Positions 10,083 to 19,477 of a stretch of DNA of 64,000 bases are shown in pieces; position 1 is the stretch's first letter, and each line of letters opens with the position of its first letter. This DNA comes from an uncultured Hyphomicrobiales bacterium. Lineage in GTDB: Bacteria > Bacteroidota > Ignavibacteria > Kapaibacteriales > Kapaibacteriaceae. The position numbers were made by a program, and so were the translations under genes. Location: the NCBI GenBank assembly GCA_964467455.1, contig CAYXQJ010000006.1:1867-65866 (forward strand), written 5' to 3'. The notes under the pieces were generated by a model. That model made no database searches. It had not been told where the DNA came from and saw nothing but the letters and a program-made list of their open reading frames with translations.

Positions 10083-11257
10083 TCGACGTTGTTGTGATCG
10101 GCGGCGGTGCCGCCGGCCTCTTCTGTGCAGCAGTGGCAGGACAACGCGGTTTGCGGGTCGTCCTGTTGGAGCACAATGACAAACCCGGCAAGAAGATCCG
10201 CATCAGCGGCGGCGGACGTTGCAACTTCACCAACCGTGAAGTTGGTCCGAAGAACTTCTTGTCGCAGAACCCGCACTTCGCAACATCCGCACTCTCGCGC
10301 TACACACCGCAAGACTTCATCGCTCTCGTTGATCGTTACAACATCGCCTGGCATGAAAAGACGTTGGGTCAGTTGTTCTGTGATGGGTCGGCGCAGCAGA
10401 TCATCGACATGTTAGTGTCTGAGGGTAGAGGGGAGAGGGTTGAGTTTCTACTGCGTCATAGTGTGACAAGAGTGACGTCTGATGTTGCTTCGACAGGTTC
10501 TTCCGCCTTCAAGGTAGAGACGAATCACGGTATCTTTGAAACACGTAATGTTGTCGTTGCGAGTGGTGGGCTTTCCATTCCTTCGCTTGGCGCTACGGGC
10601 ATTGGTTATGACATTGCACGTGCTTTTGGTTTGCGGATCGTCGAGCCGGAGCCGGCGTTGGTGCCGTTGACGTTCGACCGTGCGTTCACGGAGCGTTGGG
10701 GTGCGTTGGCGGGCGTCAGCGTGCCAGTTGAGGCGCAAGCCGAAGGTCCTGCATTCCGTGAGAACATGCTCTTCACGCATCGCGGTCTTACCGGTCCCGC
10801 CATCTTGCAAGCATCATCTTATTGGACAGGGGGCGAGTTGGAGATCGATGTCTTGCCGGCACCGATCGTTCTTCCTTCCATCGCTGAGCTCAAGGCCGAC
10901 AAGCGCATCTTGCGCAATGTGTTGGGCGATCATCTGCCGTCGCGCTTTGTGCAGCAGTGGCCGGATGTCCGACTCGACAAAAAGGCGATCGACCTCAAGG
11001 ATACCGACGTTGCTGATGTGCTGCAGACATTGCATCACTGGATGATCACACCGAACGGCACCGAGGGATTTGCCAAGGCCGAGGTCACGCGCGGCGGCGT
11101 TGACACCCGCGACCTTTCGTCGAAGACGATGGAATGCAGAACACAGCCCGGACTCTACTTCATCGGCGAAGTGGTCGACGTCACCGGCTGGCTTGGCGGA
11201 TACAACTTTCAGTGGGCGTGGGCGAGTGCCTATGCATGTGCGCAAGCGTTGGCGTGA
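10079..11257 (+). CDS. HI0933/YhiN (BaiN-like) family NAD(P)/FAD-dependent oxidoreductase
   Basis: MIDVVVIGGGAAGLFCA Rossmann motif plus RISGGGRCNFTN. The ATG overlaps the upstream stop (ATGA). Confidence 0.85.
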   Translation: MIDVVVIGGGAAGLFCAAVAGQRGLRVVLLEHNDKPGKKIRISGGGRCNFTNREVGPKNFLSQNPHFATSALSRYTPQDFIALVDRYNIAWHEKTLGQLFCDGSAQQIIDMLVSEGRGERVEFLLRHSVTRVTSDVASTGSSAFKVETNHGIFETRNVVVASGGLSIPSLGATGIGYDIARAFGLRIVEPEPALVPLTFDRAFTERWGALAGVSVPVEAQAEGPAFRENMLFTHRGLTGPAILQASSYWTGGELEIDVLPAPIVLPSIAELKADKRILRNVLGDHLPSRFVQQWPDVRLDKKAIDLKDTDVADVLQTLHHWMITPNGTEGFAKAEVTRGGVDTRDLSSKTMECRTQPGLYFIGEVVDVTGWLGGYNFQWAWASAYACAQALA

Positions 11258-12412
11258 TCACTCGAGATTGAGCTGATCCAGGTAGGCCGAGTAAGCGAAC
11301 AGTCGATTTCGTTTGTTGCCGGTCACTTCACGCAGTATTCCGACCTCAACTAATCGACCCATGGCGGCATTCGCCGTCGGGAAGGCGAGTTCACCCATTG
11401 ATGCAGCGATCTCTACCGACAACACAGGACGGGATTGGGCAACACGTAGGACACGTTCTGCACTCGAGCGTCCTCTACCGAGGTCACGCAGCGACTCCAT
11501 GTCTCTTTGAAAGAGCTGTGAAATGCGTTGCGCTGTTTGTACGGCATTGTTCGACGTGGCGATCACTCCTTCCAGAAAGAACTGCAGCCACGTTGTCCAA
11601 TCGCCATGCTTACGGACTTCGTCGAGACGGCGGTAATATTCACTGCGATGTTTCTTGAAGTACACGCTGAGATACAGCAGCGGTTGCCTCAGAACGCCTT
11701 CGGTATGCAACAGCATGGCGATCAGTAATCGACCTGTACGTCCATTACCATCCAAGAACGGGTGAATGGTCTCGAACTGAACGTGTGCTAGGGCCGCTTT
11801 CTGCAAGGGGCTGTAGCTCGAAGAGTGCAGGAAGGATTCGAGTGCTCCCATACATTCGGCAACGTACTCGGGCGGTGGTGGCACAAAGTGTGCATTCCCG
11901 GGTCGCGTCCCTCCGATCCAGTTTTGCGTTTTCCGAAACACTCCCGGCTGTGCATGACCGCCTCGGCTTCGCGTCATCAAGATCTGATGCATCTCGCGGA
12001 TCAATCGGTTGGAGAGAGGAAAGCCACTTCGGAGTCGTTCCATGCCGTGTTGCAATGCAGCGACATAGTTCGACACTTCTTCGACGTCATCGAACGGTAC
12101 ACCCGGCACCGCTTCCAACTCGAACAATAAGAGATCGGAGAGTGATGATTGCGTACCCTCGATCTGAGATGACAGCACGGCTTCTTTTCGCACATAGCTG
12201 TAGAGGAAGACGTTGGCATCCGGCAGGAGGTCGGTCACCACATCAAGTCTCCCACAAGCAAGCAAGGCCTCATCATGGAGCTTGCGTAGTGCGGGCTCCA
12301 TCTGTAGCCAATTTTGCGGCGGAAGGGGACTGGGGATGAAGGCCTTTACGACCTCCCCATGCACTTCACGTCGTTGATATCTACCGGTCGGTCGACGTGT
12401 CATCGGGGTCAC
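11258..12412 (-). CDS. Fic family protein (class II, with N-terminal inhibitory motif and C-terminal wHTH-like region)
   Basis: Canonical Fic motif HPFLDGNGRTGRLL. Inhibitory-helix-type motif SSQIEG. GTG start at 12412, with an alternative ATG at 12403. Confidence 0.85.
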   Translation of the reverse strand: MTPMTRRPTGRYQRREVHGEVVKAFIPSPLPPQNWLQMEPALRKLHDEALLACGRLDVVTDLLPDANVFLYSYVRKEAVLSSQIEGTQSSLSDLLLFELEAVPGVPFDDVEEVSNYVAALQHGMERLRSGFPLSNRLIREMHQILMTRSRGGHAQPGVFRKTQNWIGGTRPGNAHFVPPPPEYVAECMGALESFLHSSSYSPLQKAALAHVQFETIHPFLDGNGRTGRLLIAMLLHTEGVLRQPLLYLSVYFKKHRSEYYRRLDEVRKHGDWTTWLQFFLEGVIATSNNAVQTAQRISQLFQRDMESLRDLGRGRSSAERVLRVAQSRPVLSVEIAASMGELAFPTANAAMGRLVEVGILREVTGNKRNRLFAYSAYLDQLNLE

Positions 12413-12415
12413 GAA

Positions 12416-12444
12416 CTTTAAATAAGAAAAACTCTTATTTAAAG
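12416..12444. terminator. Perfect AT-rich palindrome (12-bp stem, 5-nt loop); candidate terminator of the helicase/bla operon or operator of fic
   Basis: CTTTAAATAAGA-aaaac-TCTTATTTAAAG lies between the bla stop (12473) and the fic start (12412). No clear U-tract on either strand. Confidence 0.4.
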
Positions 12445-12472
12445 ATAACGCCTTATCCCTTAATAAGAACGG

Positions 12473-13294
12473 TCACTGACCTTTTGTGAGCTGCAGCGCC
12501 AACTCCGCAAGCTGACGCCGCGTAGCGGTCCAGCCGCCCATGTCGAAGCCGGGTTTGGGTTGGATGCAGACGGCAACGTAGCGGACGTTGGTGGCCGATT
12601 GCATCCAGCCGACGAACCAGCCGATGTCCGATCCGTCGCGGATGGCCCAGCCGGTCTTGCCGTATAAGGTGCCGTCGTTGGTGGCCATGATCGACATTAC
12701 GTTCATCATGGCGGCATGTGTTTGCTCGGTGATAGGAAGTTGCTTGTCGTGCAGTCGACGCAAGAAGTCGATCTGTTGCATCGGTGAGATCGTGCTCGCC
12801 CCCTGCAACCAGAAGATGTCGAGTGTACTGTCGTTGATCACAATACTTCCGTAGTTGAAGGCGTCCACCCACTTCTGCATCTTCTCGGTGCCGATGGAAC
12901 GGGCGAGTTCTTGATAGCAGGGGACGCAGGAGACCTTGAAGGCCTCGGCAAGTGTGAGGTCGCGCTCCCATGCCGGCATGGCGCGTGGTGCGCCGTCCCA
13001 ACGGAAGACGTGGTCGGCTGTGATGGTGCCGGTCTCAAGACCAATGAGGGTGTTGACGATCTTATACGTCGATGCCGGCAAGTGACCGGTGTTGAGGAGG
13101 TCGACGTTGTTGCATAACAAGACGTTCTTGCTGGAGTCGAAGACGGCGATACAACCGCTGACGTTGTTGGAGTCGAGTAGGTCTTGCAACAAGGTGCTGA
13201 CGGTCGGCTTCATGGGTTGCTCAGCCGGGGCTTGTTGTTTGGTCTCACAAGCAGTGAGAAGTATGATGGCCATCAGCATGATCAAGATGTTCAT
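12473..13294 (-). CDS. Class D (OXA-like) beta-lactamase / penicillin-binding-fold lipoprotein
   Basis: Start moved to ATG 13294 (MNILIMLMAIILLTAC lipobox). Motifs STYK (SxxK), SCV (SxV), YGS, KTG and WFVGW appear in class D order and spacing. Confidence 0.8.
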   Translation of the reverse strand: MNILIMLMAIILLTACETKQQAPAEQPMKPTVSTLLQDLLDSNNVSGCIAVFDSSKNVLLCNNVDLLNTGHLPASTYKIVNTLIGLETGTITADHVFRWDGAPRAMPAWERDLTLAEAFKVSCVPCYQELARSIGTEKMQKWVDAFNYGSIVINDSTLDIFWLQGASTISPMQQIDFLRRLHDKQLPITEQTHAAMMNVMSIMATNDGTLYGKTGWAIRDGSDIGWFVGWMQSATNVRYVAVCIQPKPGFDMGGWTATRRQLAELALQLTKGQ

Positions 13295-16200
13295 ACCGTG
13301 CGTTCTCCGTGTTCGAGTGCAGTAAAAACTAAGGTCGTAGTAACAGTTGTCACGTGCGGATACCGACGTTGTACAAGCCAACGATAAGTGTCCATCTGCG
13401 GACGATACAGTTCCGCCATGTGTTCGGCTTGCTCTTCCGTTGTGATGTCGTTGGTCTTCCAATCCCAGATGTGCAGATGATCATCGGCAACAAAGGCCGC
13501 AACGTCGATCCGCCCTGTAACGAGTGTGTCGCCGTCAAGGCCGATGAAGTCTTTCTCGACAAGCAGCGTGTCATACTGCTGCAGCTTCTGCCACAGCGCC
13601 GATGATCGCACACGATGTAGATGGTCGTGATAGACGGCGCGTAGATCTTCACGCTGCGGTGCATGACGTGCCATGACGCTCTCTTCATCGTCGCCTCGTG
13701 CTTCCATCGTGAGCAGATCGGCAATGGCATCGTGCACCGACGTGCCGATCAACATTGCATCAGCACTCGACCATCGACTGCCGGCCATGATGGCTTCGGC
13801 AGCATCATGTGCAAGCTCCGACGCATTGACGTGATCCGGACGTTCCGGTGGTGCGATCGTCATCGTACGATCAAGGATCGGACGTGATGTGGCAACCACT
13901 TCGCCCCCTGCCACAGAACCATCATCTTCAAGGATCGGAAAGGGGCAGGCATCACCAAAGACCATGGGTCGTAAGAGACGCGAGATACCTTTGGCAACAC
14001 CAAGACCACCGTTCTTCAAGACGGGTTTTTGAACGGAGACGTAGGCGTGATCCTTTGCCCGCGTGAGGGCAACGTAGAGGAGGCGACGGTCTTCGTCGAG
14101 TTCAACTTCGGTGTTGAGAGCGGCGTTGGCTGCAGCGGTGAGGCCGCGTGGACGATCAACAGCGCCTTGGCCGGCAACGTAGATCTTATCGGCGAGAGAG
14201 ATGGTGGTGCCGAACCGCTCCGATGTCGTGATGGTGCCGTTGCGTCCGGACGTGCTGATGTCGCACAAGAACACCACGGGAAACTCCAGACCTTTTGCGG
14301 CGTGGATGGTCATGACCTGGACGGTGTTGCGGTCGACATCAAAGCGACTCTCCGCTTCTCGGTCGTCTTCATCGGGAACGGAGATGCGGTCGATCACGTC
14401 GCGTAAGGTGGCCCCATTTCGCTCGATCTCGGCACGAATGATATCGACGAGTTTGTCAACATTGGCAATGGCTTGTTCACGACGTCGGTCTCCAATAAGC
14501 GTCGCATGCCATCGCGTGGTCTGCAGTGCATGACGCACGAACAACGGTAGTGGCATCGACATCAGGTCCGACGTGAGTTGCGTGAGCAACGTCGATGCAT
14601 TGACGATGGACGTCGACTGCGGCAAACGCTCAGCTGCTGCATTCAACGCACGTAGCGACAATGTTCCATCGTCGGTCGATGCCAGGACCTCATAGATCTC
14701 CGTGTCGGTGAGGCCGAACATCGGCGATCGAAGAACGGCTGCACAGGCCATGGCATCACCACCGTCGGCACACAGACGCAGTACGTTGCGCACGTCGGCG
14801 ATCTCCGGACGCGAGTAGAAGGCCCGTCCGCCGTGGGCTTGGAAGGGAATACCTGCTTCGTGCAACAGCGTGGAGGTAATGGAGACGCCGTTGACACTCC
14901 GACAGAGGACGGCAATGTCACCGGGACGATGTACGCTGAGCAATACACGCAGGCGACCGACCACGTGGGCTAACTCTTGCTCGCGCAATGTGCGGTCATC
15001 ATCGGCATCCGGCGTCGGCGATGTGATGAGCAACTGCAGCGTTCCCGCATCGTCGGCAGCATTTGTTCTTCCGGCGACAAGTGGCGTGTAGGGTATGTCT
15101 TGGTCGATAGCATCGTTGAAGATGGGCTCGCAGATGGTGTTGACGTGCACTGCCAGCGGTGGAGCCATCCGATACGATGTAGGAATGATCACGGCCGGTG
15201 TGCGCACATCTTTGACGGCTTGACGAAACAAGGCCACGTCGGCACCGCGGAAACCGTAGATGCTTTGTTTGTCATCGCCAACGATGAAGAGCTCCGATCT
15301 ACGTGGTGTTCGTTCATCGCGCAGATCGGGCACAAGGAGACAAACCAGATCGTACTGCAGCGGATTGGTGTCTTGAAACTCGTCGACCATCAGATACGTG
15401 ATGCCGCTGCGAATGATGGCGGCGATCTCGGCACGTTCTTCCATCAGCCGGACGCAGAGGCCCATCATGTCGTCGAAGTCGATCAAGCGCAGCTGCCGTT
15501 TCTCTGCCTGATACGTCGTGCGTGCCGTCCATGCCAGTTCCAGGATCGTCTGCACGTACAGCACTTGTCGCACTTCCGCATCCCGATCTTGTTGCGTTGC
15601 GAGAACGATGATCGCACGAAACACCTCATCGGGGATCGGTTCAAGGTCGGCGGTGCCGCCGAACTTTCCTCCCGACTTTCTACCACTACCAGTCTTCGTA
15701 AAGGCATACAACAAGACCTCCGGCAGACGTTTCCATGCCGAAAGATCACCGTTGATGCAGGCCGTGACGGCCTCGCGGAAGATGCGGATGAAGTCGTCCG
15801 ACTCACCCTTCTTCGGTGCGCAATTACTGTTGACGTCGGCAAGAATGTCGTTCAGTCCGGCGATCGCTTTGGTAGCAAAGAACTCAAAGGCCCGCTCTTG
15901 TCGCGCATCCACGATGGCATCAACGTTCGGGAACTGGGCGAACCACCGACGTTCGTGATCAAGATCCTCGGGACGACGCACAAACGACTCCACCGCTGAT
16001 TCCACAGCATCGATGTCGAGATCATCGTACAATGCATACAATCGATCACGATCGTCCGACATCATCTCGCGGATCGCTTTTCGAATAGCTGAAGAGACCA
16101 TCGTGGCAGCATCGCGGTCAGAGATCTCGCGCGACTCCGGGTCGACGCCGATCTCATGTCCATACAGTCGTAGCAGTCCTGCGCAGAACGAGTGAAACGT

Positions 16201-16557
16201 CGAGATCCGCGCATTGCCGATCACGTTGCGCAGTTCCTTCAACTTCCCACAGATCAAGTCGTCTGAGAGGTCGATCTGCAGTTCCGTCCGCAGCTGTTCG
16301 CGTTTCAGTGCATCATGCAAGAACTCTTCCACCAGCGCGTGGATGCGCTCGCGCATTTCTGCCGCTGCCTTCGTCGTGAAGGTAATGGCCACGATACGTT
16401 TGACGATCTCTTCCACCGGTTGCGGCGAGATCAGCACCAGCCACAGATAACGCAGAGTGAGCACCGTCGTCTTGCCTGAGCCGGCATTGGCCAACACGGC
16501 CACATGTTGTCCGGTCTTCAGGGCACCCAGTTGTTCCGGAGAAAGAAGAGGTCGCAT
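13291..16557 (-). CDS. UvrD/AddA(RecB)-like ATP-dependent helicase with C-terminal PD-(D/E)XK nuclease
   Basis: Walker A LANAGSGKTTVL. UvrD-type motifs (VDEFQDT, IVGDDKQSIYGFRGA, TIHAAKGLEF). C-terminal GRIDVAAF..IWDWKTN nuclease motif. The stop overlaps the bla ATG (ATGA). Confidence 0.85.
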   Translation of the reverse strand: MRPLLSPEQLGALKTGQHVAVLANAGSGKTTVLTLRYLWLVLISPQPVEEIVKRIVAITFTTKAAAEMRERIHALVEEFLHDALKREQLRTELQIDLSDDLICGKLKELRNVIGNARISTFHSFCAGLLRLYGHEIGVDPESREISDRDAATMVSSAIRKAIREMMSDDRDRLYALYDDLDIDAVESAVESFVRRPEDLDHERRWFAQFPNVDAIVDARQERAFEFFATKAIAGLNDILADVNSNCAPKKGESDDFIRIFREAVTACINGDLSAWKRLPEVLLYAFTKTGSGRKSGGKFGGTADLEPIPDEVFRAIIVLATQQDRDAEVRQVLYVQTILELAWTARTTYQAEKRQLRLIDFDDMMGLCVRLMEERAEIAAIIRSGITYLMVDEFQDTNPLQYDLVCLLVPDLRDERTPRRSELFIVGDDKQSIYGFRGADVALFRQAVKDVRTPAVIIPTSYRMAPPLAVHVNTICEPIFNDAIDQDIPYTPLVAGRTNAADDAGTLQLLITSPTPDADDDRTLREQELAHVVGRLRVLLSVHRPGDIAVLCRSVNGVSITSTLLHEAGIPFQAHGGRAFYSRPEIADVRNVLRLCADGGDAMACAAVLRSPMFGLTDTEIYEVLASTDDGTLSLRALNAAAERLPQSTSIVNASTLLTQLTSDLMSMPLPLFVRHALQTTRWHATLIGDRRREQAIANVDKLVDIIRAEIERNGATLRDVIDRISVPDEDDREAESRFDVDRNTVQVMTIHAAKGLEFPVVFLCDISTSGRNGTITTSERFGTTISLADKIYVAGQGAVDRPRGLTAAANAALNTEVELDEDRRLLYVALTRAKDHAYVSVQKPVLKNGGLGVAKGISRLLRPMVFGDACPFPILEDDGSVAGGEVVATSRPILDRTMTIAPPERPDHVNASELAHDAAEAIMAGSRWSSADAMLIGTSVHDAIADLLTMEARGDDEESVMARHAPQREDLRAVYHDHLHRVRSSALWQKLQQYDTLLVEKDFIGLDGDTLVTGRIDVAAFVADDHLHIWDWKTNDITTEEQAEHMAELYRPQMDTYRWLVQRRYPHVTTVTTTLVFTALEHGERTV

Positions 16558-16563
16558 GGTTGA

Positions 16564-17817
16564 CTACGCCTGAGGGATCACAAGACACCGACTCCACGCA
16601 TCGGGCTGACACAACTCCGATGCCAGAGCATTTAATTCGTCTACCGTCACAGCACGGATCTCGTCGATCGTTGCATACGGATCTTCGGGTTTGCCTTCAT
16701 CCATCAGCCCCTTACCAAGAAGCGTCATACGGGATGAGAGGGATTCGAGCGACATGATCTTGCTTGCCCGCAACTGTTCTTGTGCACGCTTCAACTCGAC
16801 GGCTTTCACACCGTCGCGGGCAATGGTGCGCAGTTCTTGTTCCAGGAGCAGTTGCCCCTTACCAAGACGCGCTTCATCGAGACCGGCATAGACAGACCAT
16901 GTGCCGACATCTTGAAACAGTTGCAGCTGCGAGTAGATGGAGTAGGCAATGCCGCGGGTCTCACGGATACGCACGTTGAGTCGCGACGACATCCCATCGC
17001 CGAGGATCACATTCAGCACCATCATGGCAGCTCGATGTTTCGAGCGATGTCCATCCGTGCGCAGGTGCCACAGCACATGGGCTTGTTGCACATGTTTCGG
17101 GATCACCAGTTCCGATGGTGGTAGGGGGCGAGGGGTTCGTCGTCGTTGTGGCGTCGTCTTCCTGCGGATGCCCTTCGTCAGTTTCTCTGCAAGCTCCACC
17201 ATGTGATCGTGATCCACATTGCCCGAGGCCGTGATCACCAGGGAGCGTCCGTGGTAGTGATCGCGGTGGAAGCGGCGGACATCTGTTGCCGTGATGTCGA
17301 CGATACTCTCGACGGTGCCAACGATCGGCGCACCGAGCGGATGGTTGCCGAAGAGCTGACGTTCGCCGAGATCGAAGATCAGTTCTTCCGCTTCATCTTC
17401 GTAGCTGCGGATCTCTTCGGTGATGATCGAGCGTTCTTTTTCGATGTCGGACGCATCGAAGACCGGGTGGAAGACCACATCGGCGAGCGTCGACATCACG
17501 CGGTCGGTATGTTCGCTCAGCGTCCGCACATAGTAGCACGTCTCTTCTTTTGTCGTGTAGGCATTGGAATAGGCCCCCACGTCTTCGAACTCGCGGGCGA
17601 TCTTACGGTTGCTGCGTGACTTGGTGCGGCGGAACGACGTGTGTTCCACCAGGTGGGCCACACCGCTTTGTCCGGTCGGCTCGTCACGTGTCCCGGCCTT
17701 GACCCAGATGCCCAGGGCAGCGGAGTCGACGCTCGGCACATGATCGGTGACAACGGTGATCCCCGACGGCAGGCGGGTAAGGCGGGGTGCGAAGGTAAGG
17801 CGTGACGACTGTGGCAT
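16564..17817 (-). CDS. M16 (pitrilysin/insulinase) family zinc peptidase
   Basis: HxxEH motif GVAHLVEHTSF, with M16 N- and C-domain architecture. Ends 7 nt upstream of the helicase start. Confidence 0.85.
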   Translation of the reverse strand: MPQSSRLTFAPRLTRLPSGITVVTDHVPSVDSAALGIWVKAGTRDEPTGQSGVAHLVEHTSFRRTKSRSNRKIAREFEDVGAYSNAYTTKEETCYYVRTLSEHTDRVMSTLADVVFHPVFDASDIEKERSIITEEIRSYEDEAEELIFDLGERQLFGNHPLGAPIVGTVESIVDITATDVRRFHRDHYHGRSLVITASGNVDHDHMVELAEKLTKGIRRKTTPQRRRTPRPLPPSELVIPKHVQQAHVLWHLRTDGHRSKHRAAMMVLNVILGDGMSSRLNVRIRETRGIAYSIYSQLQLFQDVGTWSVYAGLDEARLGKGQLLLEQELRTIARDGVKAVELKRAQEQLRASKIMSLESLSSRMTLLGKGLMDEGKPEDPYATIDEIRAVTVDELNALASELCQPDAWSRCLVIPQA

Positions 17818-17893
17818 AGCTCAGAATTGCTGCAATCTACGGCTTGGACTTTCCAGTATTCTGGTATTTTACAGCTCCGACCGGAGTTCGCCG

Positions 17894-19201
17894 ATGATGT
17901 CTCGTCTTTTACCGCTGCTTCTGTGTATCACGATCGTGGTCGCGCCCGATCTCTCCGCCCAAACCTGGACGCCGGCAGGGCAGATGGTGGGGCCGGTGAT
18001 GTTGGAGTATTCTATCACACTCAACGGTGGTGTCAAGTTGATTCCGTTGCGGTGGGTCAACAAGCGCTACATCGATTCAGTGTATTGGTTCGACATCGAA
18101 TCATTCGGATCAACGCCAAAAATGTATGAGCGGCAGACGCCAGAATTTAATAGCGTCAGCTTCGTAGGCGATTTTGACACCGATGGCATGCCAGATGTCT
18201 TCGGTCATCGTAAAAGCGGTTCTCCAATCTATTTGTACTCAGCATTGACACCCGAAGAGCATATACGGCCTGCTGTGTCGGGGCAATACGGTATCAAAAC
18301 CGGAGTAACGAATCGGTACTTCGGTGATGTCGATGGTGACGGCCTGAATGACGACTACATTGCTGAGTCTGCCACGTCCGCACGGATCGTCTACGGCGAC
18401 AAACAGAATCCCTTTCTGGGTCCGAGTTACGTTGCTCTCTTCGACAACTCGCGCGAGATCTATCCGGACCTTCCACCAACTAAGGTGGCGCTTGTTGGAA
18501 TGCTGGGCGGTAAGCCGTGCATTGTCCAGTCGTACCAAGTGTATCCGGAAACGCCCCCTTACTATGAGCTTCATGAGCTCAACATGGACGATCTACGAGC
18601 TCGAGCGCCGAAGATCAGAACGAAACTTATACAGCGACTCAATGTTGGTGAGGATCGATTCTTCGGCAATGTGGTGTTGCGTACACCCGATGTGTGGTGG
18701 CTGTTCAGCGTGTATGGAACAGACTCGAGTCCCAACGGCATGAAGGTCACGTCTACGTCCATGACGTTCGAACCTGCCCCCGGCTATTGGAAGGGGGGGG
18801 AGTCACAGTACTATGGACAGGGAGGGGGAGGCGGAGATTACAGCTATCCTCGGGTGATCGAAGGGGGCCGACCCTTCATCCGAGTTGACTATCGACGTAG
18901 TGAATCTGAAGAAGGCGACACCGTGAGACACGCCGTGTTCACCCTGGCACGATTAGTGGATGCGGAGTCTGCGACCGTTGAGATCCTTGGTAGTGGCTAT
19001 CCACTGCAGTCGCAGTATCATGAAGCAAGTGCGACAAACGTAGTTATGGTCCCTGATGTCGACGATGACGGCATTGACGACTTTATGGTGACGTTGTCGT
19101 ATATGGACACACAGACAAAACAGTATCAGAACTCTGTTGCTCTCTACCTCACCTCGCAGCGTCCGATCGTCTCCGTCAAAGAGTCTGTACCCATCCCGTA
19201 G
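17894..19201 (+). CDS. Secreted FG-GAP/VCBS-like repeat protein, copy 1 (terminated by an in-frame TAG before its C-terminal domain)
   Basis: Start moved to ATG 17894 (MMSRLLPLLLCITIVVAPDLSAQ). Motifs FVGDFDTDGMPDVFGH, YFGDVDGDGLNDDYI and VPDVDDDGIDDF. High similarity by eye to 19478..20998. Confidence 0.75.
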   Translation: MMSRLLPLLLCITIVVAPDLSAQTWTPAGQMVGPVMLEYSITLNGGVKLIPLRWVNKRYIDSVYWFDIESFGSTPKMYERQTPEFNSVSFVGDFDTDGMPDVFGHRKSGSPIYLYSALTPEEHIRPAVSGQYGIKTGVTNRYFGDVDGDGLNDDYIAESATSARIVYGDKQNPFLGPSYVALFDNSREIYPDLPPTKVALVGMLGGKPCIVQSYQVYPETPPYYELHELNMDDLRARAPKIRTKLIQRLNVGEDRFFGNVVLRTPDVWWLFSVYGTDSSPNGMKVTSTSMTFEPAPGYWKGGESQYYGQGGGGGDYSYPRVIEGGRPFIRVDYRRSESEEGDTVRHAVFTLARLVDAESATVEILGSGYPLQSQYHEASATNVVMVPDVDDDGIDDFMVTLSYMDTQTKQYQNSVALYLTSQRPIVSVKESVPIP

Positions 19202-19423
19202 ATGAGGGTCATCGACCAAGGCGAACGCTGGCGAATTGTTGACGGCTTGACGTGCATTGACGGTGCTTCGACAACGGCGCGGATCTACGATATCAATGGG
19301 GCTGTTGTAGCAATGGTGACGTTGAACGTCACCGGAGCGGATATCGTCATCGACAAGCCACGAGAGATCTCACGACAAGCCCTGTGGGTGCGAGTGGGGG
19401 AGTGTTCGGTGAGGTTGCAGTGA
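19202..19423 (+). CDS. Detached C-terminal beta-sandwich (T9SS-CTD-like) domain of copy 1
   Basis: The ATG immediately follows the TAG, in the same frame as 17894..19201. The 73 aa align with the last ~75 aa of copy 2 (RVIDQGERWRI.DG..CIDG.STTARIYDI.GA.V..VTLNVTGADIVI.KPREISRQALWVRVGEC). Confidence 0.6.
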   Translation: MRVIDQGERWRIVDGLTCIDGASTTARIYDINGAVVAMVTLNVTGADIVIDKPREISRQALWVRVGECSVRLQ

Positions 19424-19477
19424 TACATTGAGGATTACACTACGGTCAATCGAACTACCATATCATCCTATCTGATC

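Noticed and set aside
14977-15999. Long ORFs antisense to well-supported genes: 14977..15999 (340 aa), 25109..25987 (292 aa), 36413..37273 (286 aa), 57180..58649 (489 aa), 59547..60233 (228 aa), 61637..62596 (319 aa), 51049..51792 (247 aa), 170..829 (219 aa)
   Set aside because: Each lies fully inside, and antisense to, a CDS with strong family motifs. Their translations are Arg/His/Asp-rich low-complexity sequence, typical of shadow ORFs in GC-rich DNA.
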